DNA of 35,240 bases from Cyanobacteria bacterium P01_D01_bin.156 (GCA_039024555.1 JBCCQQ010000064.1:1-35240); one strand, 5' to 3'; positions 9,409-20,910 are shown, counted from the stretch's first letter. Numbers and translations: made by a program. The notes: generated by a model from the letters alone, not told the origin.

Positions 9409-10308
9409 TTAGTTCAGGAATGTGCGGGTGACTTCTAGGTAAATATGCTCCAGTGTCAGCGGGCTACGGGCAATAGAGTGAATGGGAATCCCCTGAAACT
9501 TTGTCAAAAGTTCCGACAGTTCCATGGGTTCAGGTAGCCAGAAAGCTAAGCGGCCATCATATCGACGGATAGCAAAACCATGCTCCTCGGCCCTGGAAAC
9601 TGCAGCAGTTTCTTCCACAGTTTCCAGCGTCACCACTTCTTGAGCGGGTATACGACGGCGCAGTTCATCCAAACTGCCCTGGGCAAGTAGACGGCCTTGC
9701 TTCAGAAAACCAATGTGATCGCATAAACGTTCTGCCTCATCCAACAGGTGAGTCGTCAGCAGAATAGCAACCCCCTGCTGTTTAAGCTGTCGAATTAAGT
9801 TCCAAACCTCATAACGCGCTTCAATATCTAAACCAGTGGTCGGTTCATCTAAAACAACAAGCTTTGGCTCATGGACAATGGCAACCGCCAAACTCAGCCG
9901 ACGCTGCATACCGCCACTTAGGACACCCACAACATGATTAGCTCGATCCCACAAATTGACTGCCTGGAGACAGGCTTGTATGCGTTGGACACGCAAGGGT
10001 AACGACAATCCGTAAATTTTGGCAAAAAAGGCTAGATTTTCGCGACAAGTCAAACTCTGATACAGCAAATTTTGCTGTGGCATCACCCCTAGATACGGTT
10101 TAGTAATTGCTGAGACAGGCTTATCCGCAATTATTACAGAGCCCGTGTCGGGAACAAGTAATCCACTAATCAGATTAATGGTTGTTGTTTTCCCAGCTCC
10201 ATTAGGACCTAGCAGTCCGTATACTTCCCCAGGCGAGACACTGAGGCTTAAATCCATCAGCGCCTGCCTATGGGAAAATGTTTTCGATAGCTTTTGAATA
10301 TCAAGCAC
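9409..10308 (-). CDS. ABC-2-type (multidrug/export) transporter ATP-binding protein
   Basis: Walker A GPNGAGKTT, signature LSGGMQRRL, Walker B VVLDEPTTGLD, H-loop TTH; GTG start. Confidence 0.93.
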   Translation of the reverse strand: MLDIQKLSKTFSHRQALMDLSLSVSPGEVYGLLGPNGAGKTTTINLISGLLVPDTGSVIIADKPVSAITKPYLGVMPQQNLLYQSLTCRENLAFFAKIYGLSLPLRVQRIQACLQAVNLWDRANHVVGVLSGGMQRRLSLAVAIVHEPKLVVLDEPTTGLDIEARYEVWNLIRQLKQQGVAILLTTHLLDEAERLCDHIGFLKQGRLLAQGSLDELRRRIPAQEVVTLETVEETAAVSRAEEHGFAIRRYDGRLAFWLPEPMELSELLTKFQGIPIHSIARSPLTLEHIYLEVTRTFLN

Positions 10309-10431
10309 ACAGTTAAAATTAACGTGACTTCATGAGGTTAGAAGATTACCCCCTGTAGCGTAAAGACGAAGACAGATAACAGCACAGATGCTAATATTAA
10401 TCAGCTTCAAGCAATAAAAATCGAAGAACTA

Positions 10432-10505
10432 GGGCATGTAGCTCAGCTGGATAGAGCACCAGATTCCGGTTCTGGCGGTCGGGGGTTCGAATCCCTCCAT
10501 GCTCG
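10432..10505 (+). tRNA. trnR: tRNA-Arg(CCG)
   Basis: Acceptor stem GGGCATG/CATGCTC, D arm GCTC-AGCTGGATA-GAGC, anticodon arm CCAGA-TTCCGGT-TCTGG, T arm GGGGG-TTCGAAT-CCCTC; CCA not encoded. Confidence 0.96.
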
Positions 10506-10828
10506 TTTTTATAACGAATGAAGTTTCTACAAAATAGATAATATTTTGTATGGAATTTCTCCTTCAATACAATGCTCATAAGAGCATATACGAATAAAAA
10601 ATACTTAAGTTTCAAATCGCCCTGACCCATATCCTATATGATTAGCACAGGTTAAAGAATTAACCTTCTGGCTGATCTCATGCATTAGCGATATGCATCC
10701 AACTTGAGGCTCACACTGGGGTTTCATAATTAATCATCAGCGAACCAACGAAGCCTCAAAATCTAACAAAAGAACACCTTTTAATAAATACTATAGATAG
10801 TTAACATTGCGTTACATTTGCTCGAATT

Positions 10829-11680
10829 TTGGCTGCACGCTTCCTAGTTGGAATTTACACGGCTCAGTCTTCTATGACTGAGTCCCTAAAAAAAACGCTT
10901 GCCCACAGCCCTTTTGCCATTAGCTGGAGCAAAACGCAGGCAGAGTTTATTCAATGGACCATCAGTAACCGTCATCGTATTGATTGTTTAGTGGTTCAGC
11001 CTGATACTGATGGATGGGGCCTACTCCACGACCTGTGGGAGCGTGATATTTTATTGCCAATTTTGGTGATCGCGGAGCAGGATACTGCTGTACCTCAAAG
11101 TGAATACCATGATGCTGTTATCATCACTACTCCACAACAGTTAGACGCAATTGAAAATCAGGTCAGAGAAGCAATTGACCGCTTTTTACAGCTACCGGCT
11201 AATCAAAATACTTTAGATACGAGCGAAAACACTGCTGCTGAAACACGGGATAACCGTCTCTTTCTTTTGAGCCTGCAGCAGCAGCGCTTGACCGAAAAAC
11301 TGCAAGAACGCTTAGGGTATTTGGGAGTGTATTACAAGCGTAATTCACAGAACTTTGTCCGCAATATGACTGTGGAAGAGCGTCATGAGTTTTTAGAGCA
11401 ACTGCGCCAAGACTATCGACAAATTATTTTGAGCTACTTCTCATCAGACGATAAAAGCCTCAATCAACGGATTGATGATTACGTAAATCTAGCTTTTTTT
11501 GCAGATGTATCGATTTCAAAGGTTGTTGAGATTCATATGGAACTGATGGACCATTTTTCCAAACAGCTTCATATGGAGGGTAGGAGTGAGGAAATTTTAT
11601 TGGATTATCGTCTTACTCTGATTGATGTATTGGCACATTTGTGCGAAATGTATCGCCGGTCCATTCCTCGTGAAATCTAA
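10829..11680 (+). CDS. kaiA: Circadian clock protein KaiA (full length, with N-terminal pseudo-receiver domain)
   Basis: [58 protein letters not shown] start. Confidence 0.97.
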   Translation: MAARFLVGIYTAQSSMTESLKKTLAHSPFAISWSKTQAEFIQWTISNRHRIDCLVVQPDTDGWGLLHDLWERDILLPILVIAEQDTAVPQSEYHDAVIITTPQQLDAIENQVREAIDRFLQLPANQNTLDTSENTAAETRDNRLFLLSLQQQRLTEKLQERLGYLGVYYKRNSQNFVRNMTVEERHEFLEQLRQDYRQIILSYFSSDDKSLNQRIDDYVNLAFFADVSISKVVEIHMELMDHFSKQLHMEGRSEEILLDYRLTLIDVLAHLCEMYRRSIPREI

Positions 11681-11754
11681 CTCTAGCCTTGTATCCTTGC
11701 CACATAATCTGTGGCGCTCATGTTATCAATCTGCCACCCTCCGGGAGTCCCCAA

Positions 11755-12057
11755 ATGGCCTATAAAAAAACTTACATATTGAAGCTGTATGTCGCAGGAA
11801 ATACCCCAAACTCCACACGAGCTCTCAAGATGCTCAACACTATACTAGAAGAAGAATTTCAAGGCGTTTATGCTCTTAAGGTAATTGATGTACTGCAAAA
11901 CCCACAGTTAGCAGAAGAAGATAAGATTCTAGCTACACCTACTTTAGCTAAAATTTTGCCACCCCCAGTGCGTAAAATTATTGGTGATTTATCAGACCGA
12001 GAACGTGTCTTAATTGGCTTAGATCTTCTCTATGACGAACTTAGAGAAGACGAGTAA
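11755..12057 (+). CDS. kaiB: Circadian clock protein KaiB
   Basis: [17 protein letters not shown]...[27 protein letters not shown] at 11755 preferred over TTG 11689. Confidence 0.98.
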   Translation: MAYKKTYILKLYVAGNTPNSTRALKMLNTILEEEFQGVYALKVIDVLQNPQLAEEDKILATPTLAKILPPPVRKIIGDLSDRERVLIGLDLLYDELREDE

Positions 12058-12358
12058 AAACCCTTTGCTAGTTGTCTAAGGCGCTACTATAAGGACACAG
12101 ATTTTTCCACATAGCGACTGACTGGTTTAAGCTCAGTTCTATTCAGTTAAATCTAGGATTTTCAAATTCATCAACCAGTACATCGTTACAGCAGTAATAT
12201 TGGTTCAAATTTTCTAGGGTTCTATGTCTTTGCCTACATAAAGCATTCGTTTTCCATAGAATCTACGGTAATGCTTGCCCTTGAAAGCCTAACCTGTTGA
12301 AATATTACTAATGCACTTTTCTCTGGCAATATTTTTTAACAGGCCAATTTATTAAATC

Positions 12359-13912
12359 ATGACTCAGTCTTCTCAAGGTGAGGTTTCTTCGAATAGTGCC
12401 TTGGCGGGCGTCAAAAAAATTCGCACCATGATTGAAGGCTTTGACGACATCAGTCATGGTGGTTTACCGTCTGGCCGTGCAACGTTGGTGAGTGGTACGT
12501 CGGGCACTGGTAAGACATTGATGGCCGTTCAGTTTTTATACAACGGTATTACTGATTTTGATGAGCCAGGAGTTTTTGTAACTTTTGAAGAATCGCCAGC
12601 TGACATCATTCAGAACTCTTGCAGCTTTGGTTGGGATTTACAGAAACTCATCAATGATGGCAAGCTCTTTATCTTAGATGCGTCTCCCGATCCCGAAGGG
12701 CAAGAGATCGTCGGCAATTTTGATCTATCAGCACTGATTGAGCGGATTCAATACGCCGTTCGAAAGTATAAGGCTAAACGCGTATCCATTGACTCAGTCA
12801 CTGCGGTTTTTCAACAATACGATGCAGCACAGGTAGTGCGTCGAGAAATTTTTCGTTTAGTAGCACGTCTTAAGCAGATGGGCGTCACTACTCTAATGTC
12901 TACCGAGCGGGTGGATGAATATGGCCCTGTGGCACGTTTTGGCGTGGAAGAGTTTGTTTCTGACAATGTGGTGATTGTTCGGAACGTCTTGGAAGGAGAG
13001 CGCAGACGGCGCACCATCGAAATTCTTAAATTGCGTGGTACCACCCATATGAAGGGCGAGTACCCCTTCACCATTACTAACCATGGCATTAATATCTTCC
13101 CGCTGGGAGCAATGCGCCTAACTCAGCGTTCATCTAATGTGCGAGTTTCCTCTGGAGTAGAGACACTCGATGAGATGTGCGGCGGCGGCTTCTTTAAAGA
13201 CTCAATTATTCTTGCTACAGGAGCAACAGGAACTGGTAAGACTCTATTGGTCAGTAAATTTATTGAGAATGGTTGCAAGGCAAATGAGCGCGCCATTTTA
13301 TTTGCCTATGAAGAGTCTCGGGCGCAGTTATCCCGTAATGCTTATTCCTGGGGTATTGATTTCGAAGAACTGGAGAGGGCGGGGCTCTTAAAAATTATCT
13401 GTGCTTATCCTGAATCAGCGGGGCTAGAGGATCATTTGCAAATCATCAAGTCGGAAATTGCTAGCTTTAAGCCATCCCGCATTGCCATTGATTCACTATC
13501 AGCATTAGATCGAGGGGTCAGTAACAATTCTTTCCGTCAGTTTGTAATTGGGGTAACAGGTTACGCCAAGCAAGAAGAAATCACAGGTTTCTTCACCAAT
13601 ACAACTGAGCAATTTATGGGCTCCCACTCGATTACGGATTCTCACATTTCCACCATTACAGATACTATTCTGATGCTTCAGTATGTGGAAATTCGTGGGC
13701 AGATGTCGCGAGCGCTTAACGTGTTTAAAATGCGTGGTTCTTGGCATGATAAAGCGATTCGCGAATATACCATCAGTGCTAATGGTCCAGAGATCAAGGA
13801 TTCTTTCCGTAATTTAGAGCGTATCATTAGTGGTTCTCCAACTCGGGTCTCTGTCGATGAAAAGAGCGAGCTATCACGCATTATGAAAGGTGTTCAGCCA
13901 GATACTGAATAA
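12359..13912 (+). CDS. kaiC: Circadian clock protein KaiC
   Basis: Two RecA-like domains (GTSGTGKT/FEE and GATGTGKT/YEE), phosphosite motif DSHISTITD, A-loop ERIISGSPTR. Confidence 0.99.
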   Translation: MTQSSQGEVSSNSALAGVKKIRTMIEGFDDISHGGLPSGRATLVSGTSGTGKTLMAVQFLYNGITDFDEPGVFVTFEESPADIIQNSCSFGWDLQKLINDGKLFILDASPDPEGQEIVGNFDLSALIERIQYAVRKYKAKRVSIDSVTAVFQQYDAAQVVRREIFRLVARLKQMGVTTLMSTERVDEYGPVARFGVEEFVSDNVVIVRNVLEGERRRRTIEILKLRGTTHMKGEYPFTITNHGINIFPLGAMRLTQRSSNVRVSSGVETLDEMCGGGFFKDSIILATGATGTGKTLLVSKFIENGCKANERAILFAYEESRAQLSRNAYSWGIDFEELERAGLLKIICAYPESAGLEDHLQIIKSEIASFKPSRIAIDSLSALDRGVSNNSFRQFVIGVTGYAKQEEITGFFTNTTEQFMGSHSITDSHISTITDTILMLQYVEIRGQMSRALNVFKMRGSWHDKAIREYTISANGPEIKDSFRNLERIISGSPTRVSVDEKSELSRIMKGVQPDTE

Positions 13913-13922
13913 CCCTCAAGCA

Positions 13923-14657
13923 TCATCGAACGCCCGTTATTACAAGTTGCTGATCTAGGATTTCAACTGAATTCAAGATTATTGCCTGTTGCGCAAGTAC
14001 TGCATTAATTTGCTGTTCTATGTCCTCTATGGACAATCCCATAGACGTAGCGACCTCAGTCAACGGCAATGTAAACTGACCCAACTTGAAATTGAGGTCC
14101 TGTGCCAAGGTCAGACGACCATCGCGCACCTGAGGTTGAGCTACCACTCCAACATAAATATCACGGTTCATTAGCATAGGCGCTGCATTTTTAAGCTGAG
14201 TCAGGCCTGCCTGGAATTCAGGAGGCAGGCCTTCTAGGGGTAGGTCTGCTAAATTCATAACCGCACCTGTTTCGATGCGATCGCGACTCAGCTGTGTCTC
14301 CCAAGAATGAGCATTGACCAATAGTTGAGCAGTATGTTCTTGACTCAAAATTGCTTGGCTGAGCAGCTGATTCAACTGGGCTTCATCCAATGTGAGCATA
14401 ACTTCTCCATTTTCAGAGAGTTGAGGAGATAGGGGTTGCACAGCCGCAAGTTGAGGAGTATCCACCAAAGCAGGTACGTCTTCTAATGGCTGCAGCTCAG
14501 AATTGTTGACGGATGCTTCTGGTACTGATGTGTCAACGTTTTCTTTTGGAGGTATGGTTTGAGGAGAAGGGCGCACGCTATGCCAACCATAGGCAAAACT
14601 TCCTCCAGCAATGGCTGAACATATAACTAAACCCATCAATAGTGGTGTTTTTTTCAT
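13923..14657 (-). CDS. Hypothetical membrane-anchored or exported protein
   Basis: 244-aa ORF with N-terminal hydrophobic segment, P/S/E-rich linker and a globular C-terminal part; convergent with kaiC. Confidence 0.75.
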   Translation of the reverse strand: MKKTPLLMGLVICSAIAGGSFAYGWHSVRPSPQTIPPKENVDTSVPEASVNNSELQPLEDVPALVDTPQLAAVQPLSPQLSENGEVMLTLDEAQLNQLLSQAILSQEHTAQLLVNAHSWETQLSRDRIETGAVMNLADLPLEGLPPEFQAGLTQLKNAAPMLMNRDIYVGVVAQPQVRDGRLTLAQDLNFKLGQFTLPLTEVATSMGLSIEDIEQQINAVLAQQAIILNSVEILDQQLVITGVR

Positions 14658-14817
14658 TATCAGAATGCCATATGTGGCCCGAAGGGGCTTGCTCTAAAAT
14701 TTGGGGTAGTGCTTACGTCGGTATGATGATGCCAATCGTACACAAGACCTACGAAAGTTGTTTTCATGCATCATTAATTGCCCACAGTCTAGCGCCTCCA
14801 TCGTTTCCTAATTCACA

Positions 14818-15210
14818 ATGCTTTTTGTACACTTCTCATCAAAACTGCACTGGCCACATATCTTTCGAGCAATACTTGGTTGGGCATTAGCAGGATGCTT
14901 AACCATTAGTTTCTGGATAGTCATGCCCCCCATGGCTCACGCAGAAGAGGCGGCTAGTGAGTTATTCAATGTACACTGTGCTGGCTGCCACCCTAATGGT
15001 GCCAATATTATTCGCCGCGGTAAAAGTTTAAAGCAGCGGGCATTGCAGCGATATGGCTATGATTCCTCAGATGCGATCGCTCAATTAATTACTGATGGTA
15101 AAGGACTGATGAGCGCCTATGGAGATCAGCTAACCGAACAGGAAATCAATAATCTAGCTGATTATGTACTTCACCAAGCTGAAATTAACTGGCCTTCAAG
15201 CAGACGATAG
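14818..15210 (+). CDS. petJ: Cytochrome c6-family protein, c6B/c6C (PetJ2) type
   Basis: Signal peptide ending AHA, CAGCH haem motif, NIIRRGKSL, GKGLMSAY axial Met; Leu where canonical c6 has the haem-pocket Gln. Confidence 0.88.
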   Translation: MLFVHFSSKLHWPHIFRAILGWALAGCLTISFWIVMPPMAHAEEAASELFNVHCAGCHPNGANIIRRGKSLKQRALQRYGYDSSDAIAQLITDGKGLMSAYGDQLTEQEINNLADYVLHQAEINWPSSRR

Positions 15211-15236
15211 TAACCGTCCCTCTCTCCACACTAACT

Positions 15237-16157
15237 GTGCAGCTCAATCAAGTCATCATTGTTCATAAAGCTGGTAATAACTACAGTAAAAGCTGGGCTG
15301 AAAAATGCGCCCAACAACTAGAAGCTCGTGGAACCAATGTTTTACTTGGCCCTAGCGGTCCTAAGGATAATCCGTATCCCGTTTTTCTAGCATCAGCTCA
15401 CCAATCCATTGATTTAGCAATTGTCCTTGGCGGCGATGGGACAGCCCTGGCTGCCGCCCGTCATCTAGCACCGGAGCATATCCCGATCTTAGCTGTGAAT
15501 GTGGGGGGACATCTAGGCTTTCTAACCGAATCATCGGATGAGATCGATGATTTTGCACACGTTTTAGACCGATTACAACAGGACCTCTACGCCTTACAAC
15601 AGCGCATGATGCTAAGGGCATGCCTACATGAGGGCAATCGCAGCAATCGTGAACCTCTGAGTGAAGTCTATTGGGCTTTAAACGAAATGTGTGTGAAGCC
15701 AGCATCTCCTGACCGCATGCTCACATCTATTTTGGAAATGGAAATCGACGGTGAAGTCGTGGACCAATATCAGGGAGATGGTCTGTTAATAAGCACACCC
15801 ACTGGAACAACAGGTTACACACTTGCCGCCAATGGCCCTATTGTTCACTCTGGGATGGATGCAATGGTGGTCACCCCCATCTGCCCTTTAAGTTTATCGA
15901 GTCGATCAGTCGTTATTCCAGCAGGCAGTGTAGTCAGCGTTTGGCCTCTGGCGGATCCAGGAATCAATACCAAACTGTGGATGGATGGGGTGCTGGCAAC
16001 ATCCATATGGCCAGGGCAAAGAGTGGACATTACCATGGCCAAACATATGGCTAAGTTTGTCCTGCTGCGCCAAAATCAGTCCTACTATCAGACGTTACGC
16101 AATAAATTACTCTGGGCGGGAGCTCGTATTAACTACACCAATAACCACCGCAATTGA
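15237..16157 (+). CDS. nadK: NAD(+) kinase
   Basis: LGGDGT, GHLGFL, ALNE, GDGLLISTPTGTTGY; GTG start 26 nt after the cytochrome gene. Confidence 0.96.
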   Translation: MQLNQVIIVHKAGNNYSKSWAEKCAQQLEARGTNVLLGPSGPKDNPYPVFLASAHQSIDLAIVLGGDGTALAAARHLAPEHIPILAVNVGGHLGFLTESSDEIDDFAHVLDRLQQDLYALQQRMMLRACLHEGNRSNREPLSEVYWALNEMCVKPASPDRMLTSILEMEIDGEVVDQYQGDGLLISTPTGTTGYTLAANGPIVHSGMDAMVVTPICPLSLSSRSVVIPAGSVVSVWPLADPGINTKLWMDGVLATSIWPGQRVDITMAKHMAKFVLLRQNQSYYQTLRNKLLWAGARINYTNNHRN

Positions 16158-16165
16158 CATTGGCA

Positions 16166-16675
16166 CTACAGACGACGGGTATTACCTTTGCCCTTAACCC
16201 ACCCTTCTACACCGCTACTGGTCCGAATACGATACCACCTACCAGATTCTTCTAAAACATCGATAGTTTCGTTGTACTCAACACCATCAATGGTGGCGTA
16301 GTCAACGCTGGCGCCTGTACGAATCAGTAAGCCAGCACTATAGGTAACAGTTGCCTTAAATAAGACTTTTTTCTCAGGCTGTTCAGGCTGAGGCTGTTCA
16401 GTCACTGCTGACTGTTGGTCGTCTGTGGAATTTTGATTGGCAGGATTCGGTGACTGTGATGCTGATGTATCAACAGACTCTGTATTAGCTGCAACGGGAG
16501 CATCGTTTTCATAAACAGGTCGCTCCGGCAATGTAGACAGCTGGGTTAAAAAGTAGCGTGCCGTAGCGGCCCCTGCTAGACCGATCACAAAGAGCGCGAT
16601 CGCAATTCCACAAATACCCTTGGCCAGAACAACTACAAAATTTTGGAAGCTAAATCTCTGGGATGCCATAGCCAC
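16166..16675 (-). CDS. Membrane-anchored bacterial SH3 (SH3b) domain protein
   Basis: N-terminal TM helix, Q/S/P linker, C-terminal GLLIRTGAS...VLEESGRWYRIRTSSGVEGWVK. Confidence 0.82.
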   Translation of the reverse strand: MAMASQRFSFQNFVVVLAKGICGIAIALFVIGLAGAATARYFLTQLSTLPERPVYENDAPVAANTESVDTSASQSPNPANQNSTDDQQSAVTEQPQPEQPEKKVLFKATVTYSAGLLIRTGASVDYATIDGVEYNETIDVLEESGRWYRIRTSSGVEGWVKGKGNTRRL

Positions 16676-16794
16676 TAAAATAATCCGAGATTAGACAATA
16701 CTGGAACCTAAGGTTACACCCTATTTCTTACAGAAATCTATCTTGTCTCGAGAATCTGAATATTCTCGACTAGCAGTCTTGATCTTTAGTATCA

Positions 16795-16837
16795 ACTCAA
16801 AAAGAGGCAAGAGAATAAACCCCGCCTCTTTTTGAGT
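16795..16837 (-). terminator. Probable terminator of the rpoB-rpoC1-rpoC2 operon (bidirectional-type hairpin)
   Basis: ACTCAAAAAGAGGC ... GCCTCTTTTTGAGT, a 14-bp perfect inverted repeat 48 nt past the rpoC2 stop. Confidence 0.8.
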
Positions 16838-16884
16838 CATATATGAGAATTTAGCGCAGAGCTAATGCTCTTAATACATCAAAT

Positions 16885-19800
16885 CTAAGGAGCGGCAGTC
16901 TGATCATCAATTAAAGCGTTATCGTCCAAAAACGATGTGTTAGGAGCCTTAGGATCAGATCCAGCTGCTGCACCACCGCCAGAAGCACCTCCTAACATCT
17001 CATCAGTAAACATATTTAGACCACCTTCTCGATCATAGGCACGTGCAGTCCGATCGTCTAAAACCATATCCTGCAACGCCACATCATCTGATAAAAAGGC
17101 CTTATCAAAAGACGGGTCAATTTCAGGCGTCGAACGTTCTTCATAAGCATTGAAACCGGTACCAGCAGGTATCAAGCGTCCGATAATCACGTTTTCCTTC
17201 AATCCGCGTAGCCAATCAGACTTACCTTCAATAGCCGCTTCGGTCAAAACACGTGTTGTTTCTTGGAAACTAGCTGCCGAAATAAAGCTGTCAGTATTCA
17301 ACGAAGCCTTAGTAATACCTAACAAAACAGGCGTATATTCAGCTGGTGCACCACCGGTAATAGACATCGCTTCATTTACTTGCTCAAGCTGTCGAATCTC
17401 AACCAGTTCTCCTGGCAGCATAGTCGTATCTCCACCATCTTCAACTCGAGCCTTAGAGGTCATCTGACGAACAATAACCTCAATATGCTTATCAGCAATA
17501 TCAATCCCCTGAGACTGATATACAGATTGGACTTCATTCACTAAAAAGGTTTGTACCTTCTGCAGACTGATCATGGCAGCCTCATGCACACCCTTAGTCT
17601 CACGATGATACTTAAAGAAAAACTCCAAGATTTGATGAGGATTCAAAGGTCCATCGGTTAAAGGCTCAGCCAAACTGACCTGCTGTCCATCAGAGACAAT
17701 CATTGGTTGTCCTGGAGCAATAGGATACTCAGTAATGACACCATCATCTTCAACAATTTTTACCTCTACCGTTTCATCCTCACCGTAAACCACCTGAGCA
17801 TTACCAGGTCGTTCCGCTAAGACACAGGCTTCTTTAGGCTTACGGGCTTCCAGTAACTCTTCAATACGAGGCAATCCTTGAATAATGTCACCCGTCTTTG
17901 CACGCTCAAAAATTAGCAGCACTAAGTTGTCACCCCGCTGCACCAGATCACCATCCTCAATGTGTAGAACTGCACCTGTAGATACTCTGTAAGGACGAGC
18001 CAACCGCAGAACTAGACTATCCTCCTGGACCGCAACAATTTGGCCGGACTCTTCCGCGACCATACCTTCAGCCAACAATGTGCCATCAACTAAGAGGTCT
18101 CCTTCTTTCACATTGGGTGACTTACCTGCGAGATCGAGCTTAACAAGGTCAGTATCACGGACAACAAGGATACGACGCACAGACTCCACATCTTGGCGAA
18201 TACCTCTAACCTTTCCGGCCTCCTTAGCCTGAATCTCAGTACGGGCAACTACTGCTCCTGGCTGGATCTCCTGTCCTTCTTCGACTAACAAACGAGTTTG
18301 TGTACTACCTTGTGTCTGATCAGCCGCAATATCCCGGCGGATGACCAAAGTTTCTAAAATTACAAGCTGCAGACGCTGAACCTCAGGATATTCTCGATCT
18401 GCAACTAGTTCAATATCGGCAGTTAAGCTAGAAGAGTCATTTTCAACGTCTAACACGAGCTGAGTGCGGAGAATTTCAACTCCATCTACCGACTTAACAC
18501 GTTCACCATCTTTAAAGAAGATACGCTGAATCGCCTTAATACCAATAGAATTATTATCACTATCACTCACAGAATGCTGACTAGGCACGCTGGGAACATC
18601 AGGCACATCAAACTCTTGTACAGGACGTAACAACAGGGCAGCTCCTGCAGGAGTTTCTACATATTCAACAAACCGCAGCGCCTCTGCAGTAACCCCAGGA
18701 ATAATTTCCTCGCCAGCACTCACCAAGACACCATCCTTTCCACTGGCAGCATCTGGGCTATCAACCATATGAATATCACCTGGCTTAATGACAATCTCTC
18801 GAAGAATGTCATTTTTTTGAGTAACCTCTACGACACCACTAATTTGGCAAAAAATGTCCTTAACAACTTCAGTACCTGCCTCGATGTACTGGCCATCTTC
18901 AACCATCAACAATGAAATATCTTTATTGACTTCATGAGCTTCTTCAGGAATCCAGAGAACTGTTCCGCCCTGGGTTACTTCATACCCCTGTTTACCCTTA
19001 GTTTTCTTAGCAATTTCCACACCAGAAAACTTGATAATTCCACCACTTTGAGTGTGGTAAGTATTGTCAACAAGTTCTGCAACTACTTGGTCTCCGGTTA
19101 CCTTAGCGCCTGGTGTAGCAATCAGAGAGTAACGAACACCCTTATCGGTTTGTAAGAAGTAGTGTTCTCGCCCCTGACCGCTTTCTACTTCAACTTCAGT
19201 CGTATCTAAGCTCACCGAAGCCGTAATAATCTCAACTTCACGACTTCCCTTACTGTCCGAACGATCAGGCAAGCGAACAACACCACCTCTTTCAGTAACG
19301 ATTTTGGTTTCAGCCAAAATACCGTTGCTATCGACCATATCGCCATTTTTGACCGTTGGCTCTGCCCCTGGAGGAAGGTTATACACCTCTCCAGATAACA
19401 CCCAGAGCAAGCCACCACGTTGAGCTAGCTTGGTAATATTGCCTTGACGGTCCTTTTTCTCTTCCTGCACCAAGCCTTCAAAAAAGACCTCTCCAGACAT
19501 GTCGGACGTTACATCCTTACTGGCCTTCTCAGTAACTTTGCGAACACGTCCTGTTGTTGGCAATTCAGCAATCAGCTGCCCTTTCTCCAAGGTTTCGCCA
19601 CTAGTCACAAATACAATAGATCCCTGGGGTAAGGACACCAAACGGGCCTTACCGCTGTCAGTAATAATCTTGGCTTCAGTACTAGACTCCATAACCAGCG
19701 CATCTTCACCATGGCGAGTACGGAAAGGACGACTTCGCAACGTGTCAGGCATCTGAAACTGACCAGCAACCTTAGCTCGAACCTGAGGTGCAAGTTCTCC

Positions 19801-20859
19801 CGTAAATGTTCCCCCTGTATGGAAAGTGCGCATCGTTAATTGCGTACCTGGCTCACCAATCGACTGAGCAGCAATAATACCTACTGCCTCGCCCAGATCC
19901 ACCATATGGGAGTGAGCTAAGCTCCAACCGTAGCAATGTTGGCATACAGAACGTGCTGCTTCACAGGTAAGTGCAGAGCGAACTTTAACCACCTTGATAC
20001 CAGACTCATCCACAGCTTTCGCCATATCTGCATCCATTGGGACATTCCGAGGCATCACAACCTCACCTGTCTTCGGATGAACCGCATCTTCTGCTAAAAC
20101 ACGCCCAAGCAGCTTATCTTCCAGAGAAATAAGTACTCGATCGCCATCCACCATGGCACTCACAGGGATGCAACGATCGGTACCGCAATCGATTTCTCGA
20201 ATAATGACATCTTGTGAAACATCAACAAGTCGTCGTGTGAGATAACCTGAATCCGCCGTTCGCAGGGCTGTATCAACCAATCCCTTACGTGCACCGTAGG
20301 AAGAAATAATGTACTCAGTAACCGTTAGTCCTTCACGGAAATTGGTCTTAATAGGTAGATCAATAATCTCTCCCTGAGGATTTGCCATCAATCCCCGCAT
20401 ACCCACCAACTGACGCACCTGAGAAATATTTCCTCGAGCTCCTGAAAACGCCATCATATAGACAGAGTTCAGCGGATTATTCTCTTTGAAATTACGAACA
20501 ACTTCATCCTTAAGTTCTTCGCTGGTTTCATTCCAGGTATCAATTACCTTTTGGAATCGTTCTACTTCAGTAATTTCTCCTCGCGTATAGCGTTCTTCGG
20601 TATCACGAATTTCCTGTTCTGCTGCATCCAACAACTTACGTTTAACAGGAGGCACCTGTAAGTCATCAACGCTAATAGATACCCCTGCACGAGTGGCGTA
20701 TTTAAACCCGAGTGACTTGATTTCATCGGCCATCGCGGAAGTACGAGCCGTACCATAATTATCAAATGACCAAGAGATCAGATTTTTAAGCTGTTTCTTG
20801 TCGATAATACGATTGCGGAAAATAATTGTGCTGGCTTTTTCGTTACCTTGCTCTGCCAT
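16885..20859 (-). CDS. rpoC2: RNA polymerase beta' subunit (cyanobacterial RpoC2 with large SI3 insertion)
   Basis: [95 protein letters not shown]. Confidence 0.99.
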   Translation of the reverse strand: MAEQGNEKASTIIFRNRIIDKKQLKNLISWSFDNYGTARTSAMADEIKSLGFKYATRAGVSISVDDLQVPPVKRKLLDAAEQEIRDTEERYTRGEITEVERFQKVIDTWNETSEELKDEVVRNFKENNPLNSVYMMAFSGARGNISQVRQLVGMRGLMANPQGEIIDLPIKTNFREGLTVTEYIISSYGARKGLVDTALRTADSGYLTRRLVDVSQDVIIREIDCGTDRCIPVSAMVDGDRVLISLEDKLLGRVLAEDAVHPKTGEVVMPRNVPMDADMAKAVDESGIKVVKVRSALTCEAARSVCQHCYGWSLAHSHMVDLGEAVGIIAAQSIGEPGTQLTMRTFHTGGTFTGELAPQVRAKVAGQFQMPDTLRSRPFRTRHGEDALVMESSTEAKIITDSGKARLVSLPQGSIVFVTSGETLEKGQLIAELPTTGRVRKVTEKASKDVTSDMSGEVFFEGLVQEEKKDRQGNITKLAQRGGLLWVLSGEVYNLPPGAEPTVKNGDMVDSNGILAETKIVTERGGVVRLPDRSDSKGSREVEIITASVSLDTTEVEVESGQGREHYFLQTDKGVRYSLIATPGAKVTGDQVVAELVDNTYHTQSGGIIKFSGVEIAKKTKGKQGYEVTQGGTVLWIPEEAHEVNKDISLLMVEDGQYIEAGTEVVKDIFCQISGVVEVTQKNDILREIVIKPGDIHMVDSPDAASGKDGVLVSAGEEIIPGVTAEALRFVEYVETPAGAALLLRPVQEFDVPDVPSVPSQHSVSDSDNNSIGIKAIQRIFFKDGERVKSVDGVEILRTQLVLDVENDSSSLTADIELVADREYPEVQRLQLVILETLVIRRDIAADQTQGSTQTRLLVEEGQEIQPGAVVARTEIQAKEAGKVRGIRQDVESVRRILVVRDTDLVKLDLAGKSPNVKEGDLLVDGTLLAEGMVAEESGQIVAVQEDSLVLRLARPYRVSTGAVLHIEDGDLVQRGDNLVLLIFERAKTGDIIQGLPRIEELLEARKPKEACVLAERPGNAQVVYGEDETVEVKIVEDDGVITEYPIAPGQPMIVSDGQQVSLAEPLTDGPLNPHQILEFFFKYHRETKGVHEAAMISLQKVQTFLVNEVQSVYQSQGIDIADKHIEVIVRQMTSKARVEDGGDTTMLPGELVEIRQLEQVNEAMSITGGAPAEYTPVLLGITKASLNTDSFISAASFQETTRVLTEAAIEGKSDWLRGLKENVIIGRLIPAGTGFNAYEERSTPEIDPSFDKAFLSDDVALQDMVLDDRTARAYDREGGLNMFTDEMLGGASGGGAAAGSDPKAPNTSFLDDNALIDDQTAAP

Positions 20860-20910
20860 GGGAATCTCTCTGTCTAAATTTGCTATTAGCTAACTGGATG
20901 AAACTTCGGG

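Noticed and set aside
10397..10630. 77-aa minus-strand ORF
   Set aside because: It overlaps tRNA-Arg antisense; HGGIRTPDRQNRNLVLYPAEL is a typical tRNA-shadow translation.
10432..10830. tRNA-Arg as an integration site for an island containing kaiABC
   Set aside because: No integrase and no duplicated tRNA 3' end seen; downstream genes are core cyanobacterial genes.
17900..19800. Large insertion in RpoC2 as a possible intein or novel domain
   Set aside because: It is the known cyanobacterial SI3 sandwich-barrel hybrid repeat insertion; no intein motifs.
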